Counted from the first letter of the stretch, positions 10,959-24,235 are shown. The stretch: DNA of 64,000 nt from an uncultured Verrucomicrobiae bacterium (GCA_963762565.1 CAVXLD010000009.1:1-64000); one strand, 5' to 3'. Notes: generated from the sequence alone by a model not told the origin. Numbers and translations: made by a program.

Positions 10959-11969
10959 ATGCAACCCGAGAGATTTGACCAAATCGCCGCTGAATTCCCA
11001 AAAAAACGGTTGCTGGTGATCGGGGATGTCATGTTGGACGGATACGTCTGGGGTCGTGTGTCCAGGATCTCGCCCGAGGCGCCTGTGCCGGTCGTGGAGG
11101 TATTGCGCGAATCGTTCTTCCCCGGCGGCGCAGCGAACGTGGCCAGAAATGTCCGTGAATGCCAGGCCGAAGTCCATATTATGGGATTGGTCGGCAAAGA
11201 TTCAGCGGCCGACCGGCTCCGCTCTATCCTGGAAACGGGAGGCATTCGATTGGAAACACTGGCCGTTGAGCCCAAGTTCCAAACGATCGTCAAAACTCGG
11301 ATAATTGCCCGTCAACAACAGTTAGTTCGCGTCGATCACGAACGGCCTCATGCCGTCTCGCCTGCCAGTTTGGAGCGATGTCTGACCCAAATCAGAGAAA
11401 TGCTGCCCGACTTAGACGGCATCATTTTTGAGGACTACGGCAAAGGGTTCGTAGTTCAATCCTTCGTGGACCAAGTGACTCGACTCGCTCGGGCCGCCGG
11501 AAAGGTGATTACAGCCGATCCTAATTCGCGCAGCCCAATCGAGTGGAACCACTTGACCGCGGTGAAACCGAACCGAAGCGAAGCATTCGCCGCGGCAAAT
11601 GTTGCTTGGGACGAGCCTGAGAGCGACCCCCAGAAGGACCATAATCTTCTCGAGATCGGTAAGCGGCTGTTGGAGCGTTGGGAGCCAGATCAGCTTTTGA
11701 TTACGCTAGGTGAGCAAGGAATGATGCTCTTCACCAAGGGAGATCAGCCCCATCACATTCCACCGCGCGCCCGAGAAATCTTTGATCTGTCAGGCGCTGG
11801 AGACACGGCGATCGCTCTTTTCACCTTGGCGCTGGTCTCCGGGGCAACCCCATTGGAGGCCGCGGAAATTTCCAACCATGCCAGCGGAGTGGTTGTGGCC
11901 AAGTTAGGGACCGCAACGGTTACGCCGGCTGAGGTTCGCCAAAGCCTTACCTTCTCCCAGCCGCGTTGA
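10959..11969 (+). CDS. hldA: D-glycero-beta-D-manno-heptose-7-phosphate kinase (RfaE1/HldA)
   Basis: GDVMLD, RISPEAPVPVV, GGAANVA, DYGKG, GAGDT. Confidence 0.93.
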   Translation: MQPERFDQIAAEFPKKRLLVIGDVMLDGYVWGRVSRISPEAPVPVVEVLRESFFPGGAANVARNVRECQAEVHIMGLVGKDSAADRLRSILETGGIRLETLAVEPKFQTIVKTRIIARQQQLVRVDHERPHAVSPASLERCLTQIREMLPDLDGIIFEDYGKGFVVQSFVDQVTRLARAAGKVITADPNSRSPIEWNHLTAVKPNRSEAFAAANVAWDEPESDPQKDHNLLEIGKRLLERWEPDQLLITLGEQGMMLFTKGDQPHHIPPRAREIFDLSGAGDTAIALFTLALVSGATPLEAAEISNHASGVVVAKLGTATVTPAEVRQSLTFSQPR

Positions 11970-12517
11970 AACCGGGGCCGTACAGAGCGATCTTTTTAGA
12001 TCGGGATGGCACCTTGATGGCCGATCCGGGTTACCCCTCCAAACCAGAACAGGTTGAGGTGCTTGATGGAGTAAAAGAGGGCCTGGTTTCATTGCGTTCA
12101 GCCGGGTTCAAACTCGTGATTGTAACGAACCAGAGCGGCATCGGGCGTGACTTCTACACGGAAGCCGACTTTTGGACCGTAAATGCCAGGCTGGAAAAAA
12201 CGCTGCTCGGCGAACAGCAGTTCACCGCTACCTATTTTTGCCCGGACCATCCGGATAGAGCGTCCGATCGCCGGAAGCCGGCTCCCGGCATGTTGCTCGA
12301 AGCCGCCCAAGACTTGAATATAAACCTTCACGACAGTTTTATGATCGGAGACAAGGAGTCCGATATCGCAGCGGGGCTAAGGGCGGGGGTGAAGGCCGCG
12401 ATCTGGATCACGAAGGCGCCGAGCGCGAGGTTCGTAGACCGGACGGACGTGTGGATCGCGCCAGATTTCAAGTCAGCGGTTGAGTTGGTTTTCGGTTGTC
12501 CCGAAGGGACCGAATGA
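11966..12517 (+). CDS. gmhB: D-glycero-D-manno-heptose-1,7-bisphosphate 7-phosphatase (HAD IIIA)
   Basis: FLDRDGTL, TNQSGIGR, RKPAPGM, IGDKESD. Confidence 0.92.
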   Translation: MKPGPYRAIFLDRDGTLMADPGYPSKPEQVEVLDGVKEGLVSLRSAGFKLVIVTNQSGIGRDFYTEADFWTVNARLEKTLLGEQQFTATYFCPDHPDRASDRRKPAPGMLLEAAQDLNINLHDSFMIGDKESDIAAGLRAGVKAAIWITKAPSARFVDRTDVWIAPDFKSAVELVFGCPEGTE

Positions 12518-12609
12518 TCCCTTCGGGACAACATTTGTCATTCTTCGATTCCCATTTCTCCCACACCAAGCTTGTCTTTGCCGCCAGCGTCCATTACAAA
12601 TGCTGGTTC

Positions 12610-13362
12610 ATGAGCAGGGTCGCCGCTATCATCCCAGCACGCTGGGGGTCGACCCGCTTCCCCGGTAAAGCGCTGCATGGGATCGCCGGTAAACCTTTGA
12701 TCCAGCACGTCTGGCAACGCTGCCTCGAAGCAAACATTTTCGACCGGATCATTATCGCCACGGACGACATGAGGATTATGGAGACTGCGTTTCAGTTTGG
12801 GGCCGAGGTCGCATTGACTTCTCCGGAACATGCGAGTGGCACCGACCGGATCGCCGAGGTCGCAAAGAAATTGAAGCGAATCTCGATGTTCTTCAATGTC
12901 CAGGGAGACGAACCGCTCATCGACCCGCGATTGCTCCGAAAACTGGTAAAAAAGTTTCAGCGAAGCGAGAAATCCGACTTAATCACCGCGGCGTGCCCTA
13001 TCCATCCCAAGGAAGCTCCCAACGAGCACATCGTTAAGGTTGTGACCGACCGCTCCGGGAAGGCCCTTTTCTTTTCGCGAAGCCCTATTCCATTTCTCCG
13101 AAACGGCGCTCAGGCACAGTACCTCAAACATCTGGGGGTGTATGGATTTCGCCGGAAAGCACTATTTGAATTTGTACGCCTCAAACCCTCGCCACTCGAG
13201 ACGGCGGAACAGCTCGAGCAGTTGCGTGCATTGGAAAATGGGATGACAATTCGGGTCATTGTGTCGGAGGCAAACACGATCGACGTGAACACGCCAGAGG
13301 ACGCAAGAGCGGTTGAACAACAGATTTTAGGAGGAAATGGAGGAGCCCGACATTTGAGCTAA
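12610..13362 (+). CDS. kdsB: 3-deoxy-manno-octulosonate cytidylyltransferase
   Basis: IPARWGSTRFPGK, SGTDR, NVQGDEP, EQLEQLRALE. Confidence 0.95.
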   Translation: MSRVAAIIPARWGSTRFPGKALHGIAGKPLIQHVWQRCLEANIFDRIIIATDDMRIMETAFQFGAEVALTSPEHASGTDRIAEVAKKLKRISMFFNVQGDEPLIDPRLLRKLVKKFQRSEKSDLITAACPIHPKEAPNEHIVKVVTDRSGKALFFSRSPIPFLRNGAQAQYLKHLGVYGFRRKALFEFVRLKPSPLETAEQLEQLRALENGMTIRVIVSEANTIDVNTPEDARAVEQQILGGNGGARHLS

Positions 13363-13418
13363 GCCGGAGGCAACCGGCGATGGTGACGCCGCTCTGAAAG
13401 GGTCCTGTAGAAGATTAA

Positions 13419-15020
<1,602 letters not shown>

Positions 15021-15168
15021 ACGTCCTTAGGGAATGAGCTCCGCTCATCCGGGTTGGGGCCCATTCGTTAGAGGTCCTGCGCTGCCATAGGCGTCCAACC
15101 TACGGCCGAGCATCCCCTGCTGTCCCAACCGGGTTACGAAATAAACCAGACTACGTAGCCATTATCCC

Positions 15169-16351
15169 TTATGCGGTTTCTTCGAAAAGCTCCCGCCCTA
15201 TGAGCATTCGGCGGATCTCAGATGTGCCGCCGCCGATTTCGTAGGCCTTGGCATCGCGCAGAAAACGGCCGGTCGGGAAATCATTAACATAACCATTACC
15301 GCCCAGGGCCTGGATTCCTTGTAGCGCCATCCAGGTGGCTCGCTCCGCTGCGTACAGAATTGCACCCGCTGCATCCTTCCGTGCGGTCTTGCCACGGTCG
15401 CATGCTTTGGCCACCGCATAGACGTACGCACGGCAAGCATTCAGTCGTGGTATACATGTCGGCCAACTTCCCCTGCATTAATTCGAACTCACCGATCGGT
15501 CGGCCAAACTGTTGCCGATCGTGAACGTACGGAACAACGATGTCCATACAGGCTTGCATAATACCGAGCGGGCCACCAGCCAGTACCAGCCGCTCGTAGT
15601 CCAAGCCGCTCATCAAGACGCTGACCCCGCGGTTAACCGCACCCAACACGTTCTGTTCCGGGATCTCGCAGTCAGTAAACACAAGCTCACAAGTCGGCGA
15701 GCCCCGCATACCCAGCTTGTCGAGTTTTTGCGCCACCGTAAAACCTGGCATCCCTTTCTCCACTAGAAACGCGGTGATCCCTTTAGAACCAGCATTAGGA
15801 TCGGTCTTAGCATAGGCGACTAACACATCGGCCTCAGAGCCGTTTGTGATCCACATTTTGGTCCCATTCAGTACGTACCGGTCACCCTTTCGATCGGCCC
15901 GAGTTCGCAGACTCACTATATCGGAGCCCGCGCCCGGTTCGCTCATCGCTAGAGCTCCCACGTGTTCGCCGCTAATCAATCGCGGCAAATAACGGTCCTT
16001 TTGATCGACGCTACCGTTCCGCGCGATCTGGTTGATGCAGAGATTGGAATGGGCGCCGTAAGAAAGTCCGACCGAAGCCGAGCCGCGGCTCACCTCTTCC
16101 ATTGCCACCACGTGAGCCAAATAACCCATCTCCGTGCCGCCGTATTTCTCTTCCACGGTAATTCCATGGAGACCGAGCGCACCCATCTGAGGCCACAGAT
16201 CGCGAGGAAATTTGTCCTCACGGTCGATCGCTTCGGCTCGAGGTGCAATCTCGCGGTCGCTAAACTCACGCACGGTTTCGCGCAATTGCTCGATCTCAAA
16301 TCCAAGATCGAAATCGAGCGTCGGATAACTTGTTCTGGTCACGTTAGACAT
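15169..16351 (-). CDS. ivd: Isovaleryl-CoA dehydrogenase (apparent +1 frameshift near 15445)
   Basis: [29 protein letters not shown]-terminus ([18 protein letters not shown]) is in ORF 15169-15414. Confidence 0.88.
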
Positions 16352-16611
16352 GTGGAGATGGAGGAAGGCGAAGCTCGTAAATTACGGCGCGCCGGATGCA
16401 AACTCAAGCGGGCGGGAATGCTTGAGTTGCTGGGAACACCGCCCATACGGCAGTTGCTGCAACGGCCGCCCGGCGACCGATCCCGATAATCAATCGATCA
16501 GAATTCGGATTTCAACGATTGTTTGGCGAGGTGCATTCTGTCGAATTGCTGGAAATCCTTAGCTGTTGCATTTATAGAGATTTCTCCTGATACGGAGCCA
16601 TTCCCCTCCCC

Positions 16612-17361
16612 ATGAAAGTCCTGGTACCCATAAAACGAGTCGTCGATTTCACAGTTAAAGTGCGGGTTAAACCTGATGGGTCAGGGGTAGACCTGGACAA
16701 CGTAAAAATGTCGATGAACCCGTTCGACGAGATTGCGGTTGAAGAAGCGATTCGGCTAAAAGAACACGGCGTGGCCACCGAAGTCATCGTGGTGTCACTA
16801 GGAACTGCCGCGTGTCAGGAGACATTGCGAACCGCTCTCGCGATGGGATCAGATCGCGCTATTCTCGTGCAAACCGATACCGAGCTTGAGCCCTTGACCG
16901 TTGCCAAATTGCTAAAACAAGTCGTCCTGAAGGAAGAGCCGCAATTGTTGATTCTCGGGAAACAAGCAATTGACGATGATGCGAATCAAACCGGGCAGAT
17001 GTTGGCCGCTTTGCTCGACTGGCCACAAGCTACCTTCGCTTCCAAACTGGAGATAGCCGGCGGCAAAGCAACAGTGATCCGGGAGATTGATGGTGGTTTA
17101 GAAACATTGGAACTCCCCTTACCCGCAGTGATTACCACCGACCTGCGCCTGAATGAACCACGCTACACAACACTCCCCAATATCATCAAAGCGAAGAAAC
17201 GACCGCTCGACACCATTCCGGCAGCCGATCTCAAGACAGAAATGATGCCGCAACTAAAAACTCTAAAAGTCGAAGCTCCTCAACCGAGAAAGGCTGGTAT
17301 CCGGGTAAACAGCGTCGAAGAGCTCATCACCAAACTGCGAGACGAAGCAAAAGTCATCTAG
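16612..17361 (+). CDS. etfB: Electron transfer flavoprotein beta subunit
   Basis: [25 protein letters not shown]. Confidence 0.96.
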   Translation: MKVLVPIKRVVDFTVKVRVKPDGSGVDLDNVKMSMNPFDEIAVEEAIRLKEHGVATEVIVVSLGTAACQETLRTALAMGSDRAILVQTDTELEPLTVAKLLKQVVLKEEPQLLILGKQAIDDDANQTGQMLAALLDWPQATFASKLEIAGGKATVIREIDGGLETLELPLPAVITTDLRLNEPRYTTLPNIIKAKKRPLDTIPAADLKTEMMPQLKTLKVEAPQPRKAGIRVNSVEELITKLRDEAKVI

Positions 17362-17396
17362 CGCTTCGCGCAGAACCAATAGCCAATGCGAAGCGC

Positions 17397-17475
17397 ATGA
17401 CAAATGACAGATGACAGATGACAGATGACAAATCGGTGTAACGGCACCTCACCAATCACCAATCACCTTTCACTT
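17397..17475. repeat. Heptamer tandem repeats (ATGACAG)x5 and (CACCAAT)x2
   Basis: atgacaa atgacag atgacag atgacag atgacaa; caccaat caccaat cacc. Confidence 0.85.
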
Positions 17476-17478
17476 CTC

Positions 17479-18435
17479 ATGTCCCTCCTTGTATTGGCTG
17501 AACACGATAACGCCGCTCTGAAGCCTGCTACTCGGAATACGGTAGCGGCCGCCAGAAAGATCAGCGAAAAAGCCGGTGATTCGGAAATTCACGTTTTGGT
17601 GATGGGACACCAAGCCGGTTCTGTTGCGGACGCCGCTGCGCGCATAGAAGGCGTAACCAAAGTTATCCTGGCAGACGCTGTCGAACTCGGCCCCCAGACA
17701 GCGGAGGTTTTGTCCGCTCAAGTGTTGTTGCAACTCCAAGCCGAGCGTTACTCACATGTGATGGCCCCGGCGACCACGTACGGGAAGAACCTGTTGCCCC
17801 GGGTCGCGGCCAAGCTGGACGTGCAACAAATTTCCGGCATAATCGATGTGCTTGGTCCCACCACTTTTGTACGCCCGATCTATGCTGGGAATGCTCTGGC
17901 AACGGTGGAATCAATAGCAGGGGCTATCATCGTTTTGACGGTGCTTTCGACCGGATTCGATGCCAGCCCGATCATTGAAACCAGCGTCCCCATCGAGCCG
18001 GCGAAAGAGCTGGCCAAGGAGACGGCCGGTGTCCGATTGGTCGGACGGCAGCTCGCCAGTAGTGACAAGCTCGAATTAACGGCGGCCCGAGTGGTGGTTT
18101 CAGGTGGGCGCGGCCTGCAAAAGGCAGAAAACTTCCAATTGCTTGAGGCTCTCGCGGCCAAGTTGAACGCGGCGGTGGGCGCCTCCCGAGCCGCCGTGGA
18201 CGCCGGTTTCGTGCCGAACGATTATCAGGTTGGCCAAACCGGTAAGATTGTAGCGCCGGAGCTTTATATTGCAGTCGGGATATCGGGAGCCATTCAGCAT
18301 CTTGCGGGAATGCGCGATTCGAAAGTGATCGTGGCAATCAACAAAGATCCAGACGCCCCAATTTTTCAGGTCGCCGATTACGGCCTGGTAGGAGATGCGC
18401 TCGAGATCCTGCCACAGTTAACGGCGCAGTTGTGA
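17479..18435 (+). CDS. etfA: Electron transfer flavoprotein alpha subunit
   Basis: RPIYAGN, SGGRG, QVGQTGK, GISGAIQHLAG. Confidence 0.96.
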   Translation: MSLLVLAEHDNAALKPATRNTVAAARKISEKAGDSEIHVLVMGHQAGSVADAAARIEGVTKVILADAVELGPQTAEVLSAQVLLQLQAERYSHVMAPATTYGKNLLPRVAAKLDVQQISGIIDVLGPTTFVRPIYAGNALATVESIAGAIIVLTVLSTGFDASPIIETSVPIEPAKELAKETAGVRLVGRQLASSDKLELTAARVVVSGGRGLQKAENFQLLEALAAKLNAAVGASRAAVDAGFVPNDYQVGQTGKIVAPELYIAVGISGAIQHLAGMRDSKVIVAINKDPDAPIFQVADYGLVGDALEILPQLTAQL

Positions 18436-18436
18436 G

Positions 18437-18556
18437 GGGAGGGCGCGCGTCCCCGTGCGCCGCGAAGACGTTCCGTATCCCCCCGCGTGTTTTACGCCGC
18501 GATGGCACACACAATCGGCTCCGCTGACAACGGATCGCGGGGACGCGATCCCTCCC
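18437..18556. repeat. REP-like family B: GGGAGGGCGCGCGTCCCCG...CGGGGACGCGATCCCTCCC
   Basis: Inverted arms; other copies at 26392-26551, 33262-33350, 43292-43475, 45438-45533. Confidence 0.85.
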
Positions 18557-18639
18557 AGCGCTCGACGTTGCGAACAGGTCTTGGTAAATCGGGAGCCTCG
18601 CCCTACCTTTAGTGATCCTACCTTTATTGAATCCCCCCT

Positions 18640-20723
18640 ATGCTGACTCTTCCCGAAAAGGCTCTCTTTCTCATTCTGGCCGTTGTCTCCATCTACTACA
18701 CCTACCGCGGGTTCCGTCAGATCATCGACGTCATTCGCAAAGGCCAGCCAGAGTATTATTCGAGGTTCAACCGGCCTCTGGAACGCATTCGAGAAGCGTT
18801 GGTCCGCACTATCAGCCAAATCACCGTCTTCAGGAACCGGCCAGTGGTCGGTTTCTTTCACAGTTTCATCTTCTACGGCTTCACTTTCTATGCGCTGGTT
18901 AATCTGGCTGATCTGATCGAAGGCTTTTTCTCACCCACCTGGTTCGCCTGGTTAGGAAATTCAGTGGTCGGAGACGTGTACCGATTGGGAGCTGACGTCT
19001 TTGGTTTTCTTGTGCTGATCGGAGTGATCTTTTTTGCGTGGCGTCGTTTTGTGAAAAAGGATGCCGCTCTGGAACACTTTAACCAATCGGTTTTACTTCA
19101 CCCGAATGTTCGCGCCGGTGGTATCCGGTTCGATAGCTTGATTGTAGCCGGCTTTATCTTTCTTCATGTCGGCTTCAGGCTCTTTGGAGCGGGATCATTG
19201 CTAGCCGCGGAAGGGCGAACGGATCATTGGCAACCAACGGCCTCGATCATCGCATTGGTTCTTGGCTCCAATCCCAACCGGGTCGTGGGATGGCATATCG
19301 GTTGGTGGATCTCACTCGGCTTGATCCTCGCTTTCCTACCCTACTTTGTCCGATCGAAACATATTCACATTTTTGCCGCACCGGTTCGCCTTGGGCTAGG
19401 CCGCCGCACTAAAACCGGTGAAAAAGTAGGGAGCGGCGTCCTGGATCCGATAAATTTTGAGGACGAGAACATCGAACAATTCGGAGTAGCCCAGTTGGAA
19501 CAGTTCCGACTCACCCAGTTGTTCGATCCCTACGCCTGCATTCAATGTAACCGTTGCACCAACGTGTGCCCGGCTCACGTGACCGGCAAAGCGCTGGCGC
19601 CGTCCGCGCTCGAGATTAACAAACGTTATGAACTGAACTCGATCCGCTCCAAGCTGGCGAGTCGGTGAATCCAGCCCTCGCCCGGTGATGGAATTCGCCA
19701 TGAACGAGAGCGCGCTCTGGGCTTGCACCGCTTGCGGCGCCTGTGTTCACGCCTGTCCAGTCGGTTGCGAACAGTTGACGGATATCATCGATCTGAGACG
19801 AGACGCGGTGCTGACCAAGGCCCAATTCCCTCAAGAGTTGAACACCACTTTCCGGAATTTGGAGCGCGCCGGGAACCCATGGGGTCTGGCCCAAGAGGCG
19901 CGAGAAGATTGGATAACGAGCGATCTGCAAATACCAAGGATCTCTCAAAACGCTGATTTCGAGGTGCTCTATTGGGTAGGCTGTGCCGGCGCCTACGATC
20001 CTGCCGCTCAAAAAGTCGCGCGCGCTTTTGCCACTATTCTCACGCATGCGAAAGTCAGTTTCGCGATCCTGGGTAAGAAAGAGAAATGCACGGGCGATCC
20101 CGCCCGGAGAGGTGGAAACGAGTATCTGTACTACAATTTGGCCACCGAGAACGTGGAAGTATTAAACTCGGTTCTGGTGAACAACGGCACTACCAAGCGG
20201 GTAGTGACCACTTGCCCTCATTGTTTCAACACCTTGGCAAATGACTATCCTCAACTAGGCGGCAACTATCGGGTCCTGCATCACACCCAGCTGATCGCAG
20301 AGTTAATTCAAGAAGGCCGGCTGCCGGAGATGATCCTGAGCGAGCGAGTCACTTATCATGATCCTTGTTATCTCGGCCGGCATAACGGGGTTTATGATGC
20401 TCCCCGCAGAGTTTTAGGCGGCGATGGGGCGCAGTCCTTGGTTGAGATGCCACGAAACCGCGAAAACAGCTTCTGTTGCGGCGCGGGTGGCGCCCAGTTC
20501 TGGAAAGAAGAAGAGCCGGGCACAATGCGGGTTACCGAGAACCGGTTCCAGGGAGGCTGAATCGACCGGCGCAAAAGTGGTGGCCGCAGGTTGCCCATTC
20601 TGCAAGTCGATGCTGAGCAGCAGTGAAAGCGCCGGAAAGACCGGTGCTCCAGCCGTTCTCGACATTGCTGAATTGGTCGTGGAAAATCTGCGTCGGACCA
20701 AGGAAAAGCTGGGGTTGTCGTGA
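18640..20723 (+). CDS. FadF/heterodisulfide-reductase-like membrane Fe-S oxidoreductase (two apparent +1 frameshifts near 19662 and 20552)
   Basis: TM N-terminus, CIQCNRCTNVCP, CTACGACVHACP, CCG domains (TYHDPCYLGR, CCGAGG, GCPFC) spread over three consecutive ORFs; follows etfBA. Confidence 0.85.
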
Positions 20724-21546
20724 TACTGAAACCGAAGCTCTCAACAGATCTCGACGGACCCGGCCACGATCTAAGCGCCTCGACATAGGAAAAACTACCC
20801 CTTGTATGTCGGAATGGCATCGGATCAACCGCGTGGCATTCGGCTGCCACTTATTCGATGGGATACCACATTCAAGATAGTCGCATGGCACAACATTTCG
20901 GCTTATTGCTGCAGAACAGTTCAAAGTTCGTTGCTTCTGACGGCAACGAATGGACCGCCCAGAAAATAACGCTTGTTACAATCTTGAATTGCTCGTGGAA
21001 GGCCGTCTCCGCTCCTAATGGTTAAACAGACGACAGATGTAAAGATTTACACTATGGTTGTCAAAAAACCATAATTGCAATATCAGCAAACAGCGGCTAG
21101 AGCCCTCGTCAATCTGTGCGCACTTACATCGACAAGATTTGTTTTGACAGGTGCGGAGATAGTCGCTTAAAGATGGCGAACTTGAAAAAAGATAGCCCTA
21201 AAGAACGACACTCACTGGTCGTACAAAGTATCTTTAGGGTCCAACAGGTTAGGACAGTTGGCAGAGATCGCGGCGCTGCCCAAATGCGGCAGCTTGCTCT
21301 GATCGTGCCCTAACAGAATGACGATATCGCGACAGCGAGATCCAGGAGTCATCTTCCCCAGGGCGTCCGGATATCAATGAGCATACGCAAATCAGCCAAA
21401 AAGATCTCCCCAAAACGCCTACACTAAACCAAATCGCACCTAGTCCACCTCCCGAAGCTCCCCGCTCTGAGCGATCGGTTGGTGACGTAGGACAGCGAGA
21501 CCCGTCTTGGAGTTGTACACTGGACGGCTACCGAAAGTCATTGCAA

Positions 21547-22209
21547 ATGGAGCAACGAGTTAATCGAAACGGTCAGCTGCAGAATGAGAGCGGGCGGGGA
21601 TGGTATTGTCTGCGTTCGCGACGAAAACAGGAACAGGTGGCGGCCGCGCATGTCCGCGTCTTAGGAGACTTGGAGGTATTCTGTCCAAGAATTCGGTTCC
21701 GGCGCCCGGCTAAAGGCGGAGCAATCTCGGTAACGGAAGCGTTGTTTCCTGGGTATTTTTTTGCGCGTTTTTCTATGCGGGAGATGCTCCTGCGCGTGCG
21801 AAGTGCACACGGCGTATTGAATATTGTGCGGTTCGGTGATTGGTATCCAGTGATAGCAGATAGTGTCATCGAGGAGTTGCGCGCGGAAACGCAGGATCAC
21901 GTGATAGGACACTCATTACCGCCTTTGATTCCCGGTGAGCGAGTTCGACTGGTGGCGGGCGCCCTCGCGGGTCTTGAGGCTACCATCACCGAAGTTTTGC
22001 CCGGGAATGAACGGGTACGACTCCTGTTGGAATTTCTCGGTCGCGAGACCGTGGCCGAAGCGAGGGCAGAACACCTAGTCCCCGGAGAGAAAATTGGTTC
22101 TTTGGTCGTCCGATTTGCTGCTCGTTTGCGTGCGGTCGAAGGGGGAACTCGACTGGGCGGACCTGGACTTACTGCTGGCCGACTCGTCACAAATCACGGC
22201 GCCTGTTAG
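21547..22209 (+). CDS. RfaH/NusG-family transcription antiterminator paralog 1
   Basis: WYCLRS, EALFPGYFFARF, VRFG; KOW GERVRLVAGALAGLEA...RVRLLLEFLGR. Confidence 0.9.
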   Translation: MEQRVNRNGQLQNESGRGWYCLRSRRKQEQVAAAHVRVLGDLEVFCPRIRFRRPAKGGAISVTEALFPGYFFARFSMREMLLRVRSAHGVLNIVRFGDWYPVIADSVIEELRAETQDHVIGHSLPPLIPGERVRLVAGALAGLEATITEVLPGNERVRLLLEFLGRETVAEARAEHLVPGEKIGSLVVRFAARLRAVEGGTRLGGPGLTAGRLVTNHGAC

Positions 22210-22318
22210 GTCGATAACTTCCTAATTCTGGTCGGTAATGTATGTCGGCCCCGGTGACGTGATTCACGTTCGACCGAGGTTTATCAGTTTTTGATGACCG
22301 AGAAATTGGAACAAAGCC

Positions 22319-24235
22319 TTGGCAACCGAATCACGGTGGTTCGCATCTCCTGAAATGCGCGTATTGGGAATCGGGGGCCTGGCCGGCGCAAAATCCTTTA
22401 GGCTCTCGTACTGGCCAAACTTGGATGAGCGGGAATATCCAATTTCGGTCGGACTTGATGCTGCGGCAGCACTGGTTATAGGGGGTGAGCTGGTCGTCGC
22501 TGCTAAAGAAGAATCCCTTACCCGTTCTCGGCAAACCAGCGACTTTCCAGAGAAGTCAATTGCATACTGTCTTTCAGCGAAGAAGCTGGGGCCTGACGAT
22601 ATTGATTTGCTAGTCCATTGTTTTGACTACTCAGACTATGAAGAGCTTTATCTAATCGATAAACGTTCGGCCGCGTTTTACCACAAAGTGTTGTCAAAAG
22701 AGGCTCTCTTGAGAGAGGTTAGGCGGCGGCTGCCCGGTTTCCCCCTCAATCGTGTCCGGCAGATTCCAAACCACCTGGCCCATGCGGCCGGGGCTTACCT
22801 GACCTCGGGATGGGATCAATGCTTGGTCGTGGTAATCGACGGCCAGGGTGATGGCCAAAGCACGACCGGCTATCACGCCTCAACTCAGGGGTTGACCGAG
22901 ATCAAAGAGATCGCGGCCTATGACTCAATCGCAGATTTCTATTCGCTGGTAAGTGTACATCTCGGCTTTAACTGGCACGGCGATGAGTGGCAGCTAATGG
23001 ACTTGGCTGCCCAGGGCGATGCCAGTCGTTTTCGCTTATTTTTCGAGCAGGCAGTTCAACTACGTCCGGATGGAACGATTCTTGTCGCGCCAATGCGGCT
23101 CAACCGAAGATCTCGTGACCGGGAGCACTACCTGGCGACGCGAAAATATCTTTTTGAGTATCTGGGCCCAAAGAGGCTGCCGAATGAGGAGATACAGCAG
23201 AGACACAAAGACGTGATGGCGGGATTACAAGAATGTCTGAATCGGGTGGTTCTGCATATCTGCAAATATTTGGCGCAGGCCACTCGTCAAAGCCGGATCG
23301 CTTTGGCCGGTCAAACGGCTTTGAATTGTTCTGCAAACAGCCACCTGCTCGAATCCGGAATCTTTGGTGAAGTTTATGTCCCAACCGCCGCAGGTGACGA
23401 AGGAGCGGCAATTGGGGCAGCGCTCTACGGGGCGTGGCAAGGCGAAGAAGCCACCAACAGTCGAATGCCAATCGTTCACGGTGCGCCCAATTATTCTGTC
23501 CATGAGCTTCACGCAGCCTATAAGGAATTTGCGACGCAGATTGTGGTAACGCCTTTTGGATCGTTGGAAGAAAAGTGTCAGAAGACAGCCGCACTGATCG
23601 CAGACAAATATATAGTGGCACGGGACGAGGGAAGGTTCGCATTCGGTTCGACTGTGTTCGGCAATCGCAGCATTTTGGCGGACCCGTCTGATCCGCAAAT
23701 GCGGGTACGTCTCGGAATGTTACTCAAAGAACCAACCGGCAGCAGGCCAACGGCAGCAGCAGTAACACTAGAGCAGGCAAAGCTTTGGTTTGACGTACCG
23801 GGTGGGATCGAACTAACCGGCTCCGTTATGGCTGTACCAGCAAGGCCGCTTGTTCGTAAAGATCTCGCTGGGGTGACCCAGGAAGATGGAACTGCGCGAA
23901 TCCAAGTTATCGATCGGCGAGATCATCCGGACCTTCATCGAATTCTAGTGGAGGTCGGTAAGTTAACCGGACGCGAGGTTGCGCTAACGACGAGCTTCAA
24001 TATCGCAGAGCGCCCCCTCGTCAACTCTCCCAGGCAGGCCCTGGAGGTGTTCGTTGAAACTGGGATCGAATATTTGATTTTTGAAAACGCCTTGATCCGG
24101 AAAAAGGCGCGAAGTCAGCCGCCACTTGTTAGAGACCTAAATGCCGCGTCTCAGGGAGCCACTGTGGCGAGATATGCACAAGGCATTAGCTTTGACGTAA
24201 CTCAGGGGCAATCGAATCACATCCGCCTCGGCTGA
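22319..24235 (+). CDS. NodU/CmcH/TobZ-family carbamoyltransferase-like protein with degenerate motifs
   Basis: DAAAAL, HLAHAA, DGQG, ALNC, AGDEG, GNRSILADP, DGTARIQ, TSFN. Confidence 0.85.
   Translation: MATESRWFASPEMRVLGIGGLAGAKSFRLSYWPNLDEREYPISVGLDAAAALVIGGELVVAAKEESLTRSRQTSDFPEKSIAYCLSAKKLGPDDIDLLVHCFDYSDYEELYLIDKRSAAFYHKVLSKEALLREVRRRLPGFPLNRVRQIPNHLAHAAGAYLTSGWDQCLVVVIDGQGDGQSTTGYHASTQGLTEIKEIAAYDSIADFYSLVSVHLGFNWHGDEWQLMDLAAQGDASRFRLFFEQAVQLRPDGTILVAPMRLNRRSRDREHYLATRKYLFEYLGPKRLPNEEIQQRHKDVMAGLQECLNRVVLHICKYLAQATRQSRIALAGQTALNCSANSHLLESGIFGEVYVPTAAGDEGAAIGAALYGAWQGEEATNSRMPIVHGAPNYSVHELHAAYKEFATQIVVTPFGSLEEKCQKTAALIADKYIVARDEGRFAFGSTVFGNRSILADPSDPQMRVRLGMLLKEPTGSRPTAAAVTLEQAKLWFDVPGGIELTGSVMAVPARPLVRKDLAGVTQEDGTARIQVIDRRDHPDLHRILVEVGKLTGREVALTTSFNIAERPLVNSPRQALEVFVETGIEYLIFENALIRKKARSQPPLVRDLNAASQGATVARYAQGISFDVTQGQSNHIRLG

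Noticed and set aside
19655..19690. Selenocysteine or programmed recoding at the TGA in the Fe-S gene
   Set aside because: The downstream ORF is in a different frame; deleting one base restores ...LASGESSPRPVMEF
21521..21535. ops-like site (cggctaccg) before RfaH paralog 1
   Set aside because: Wrong strand and incomplete match
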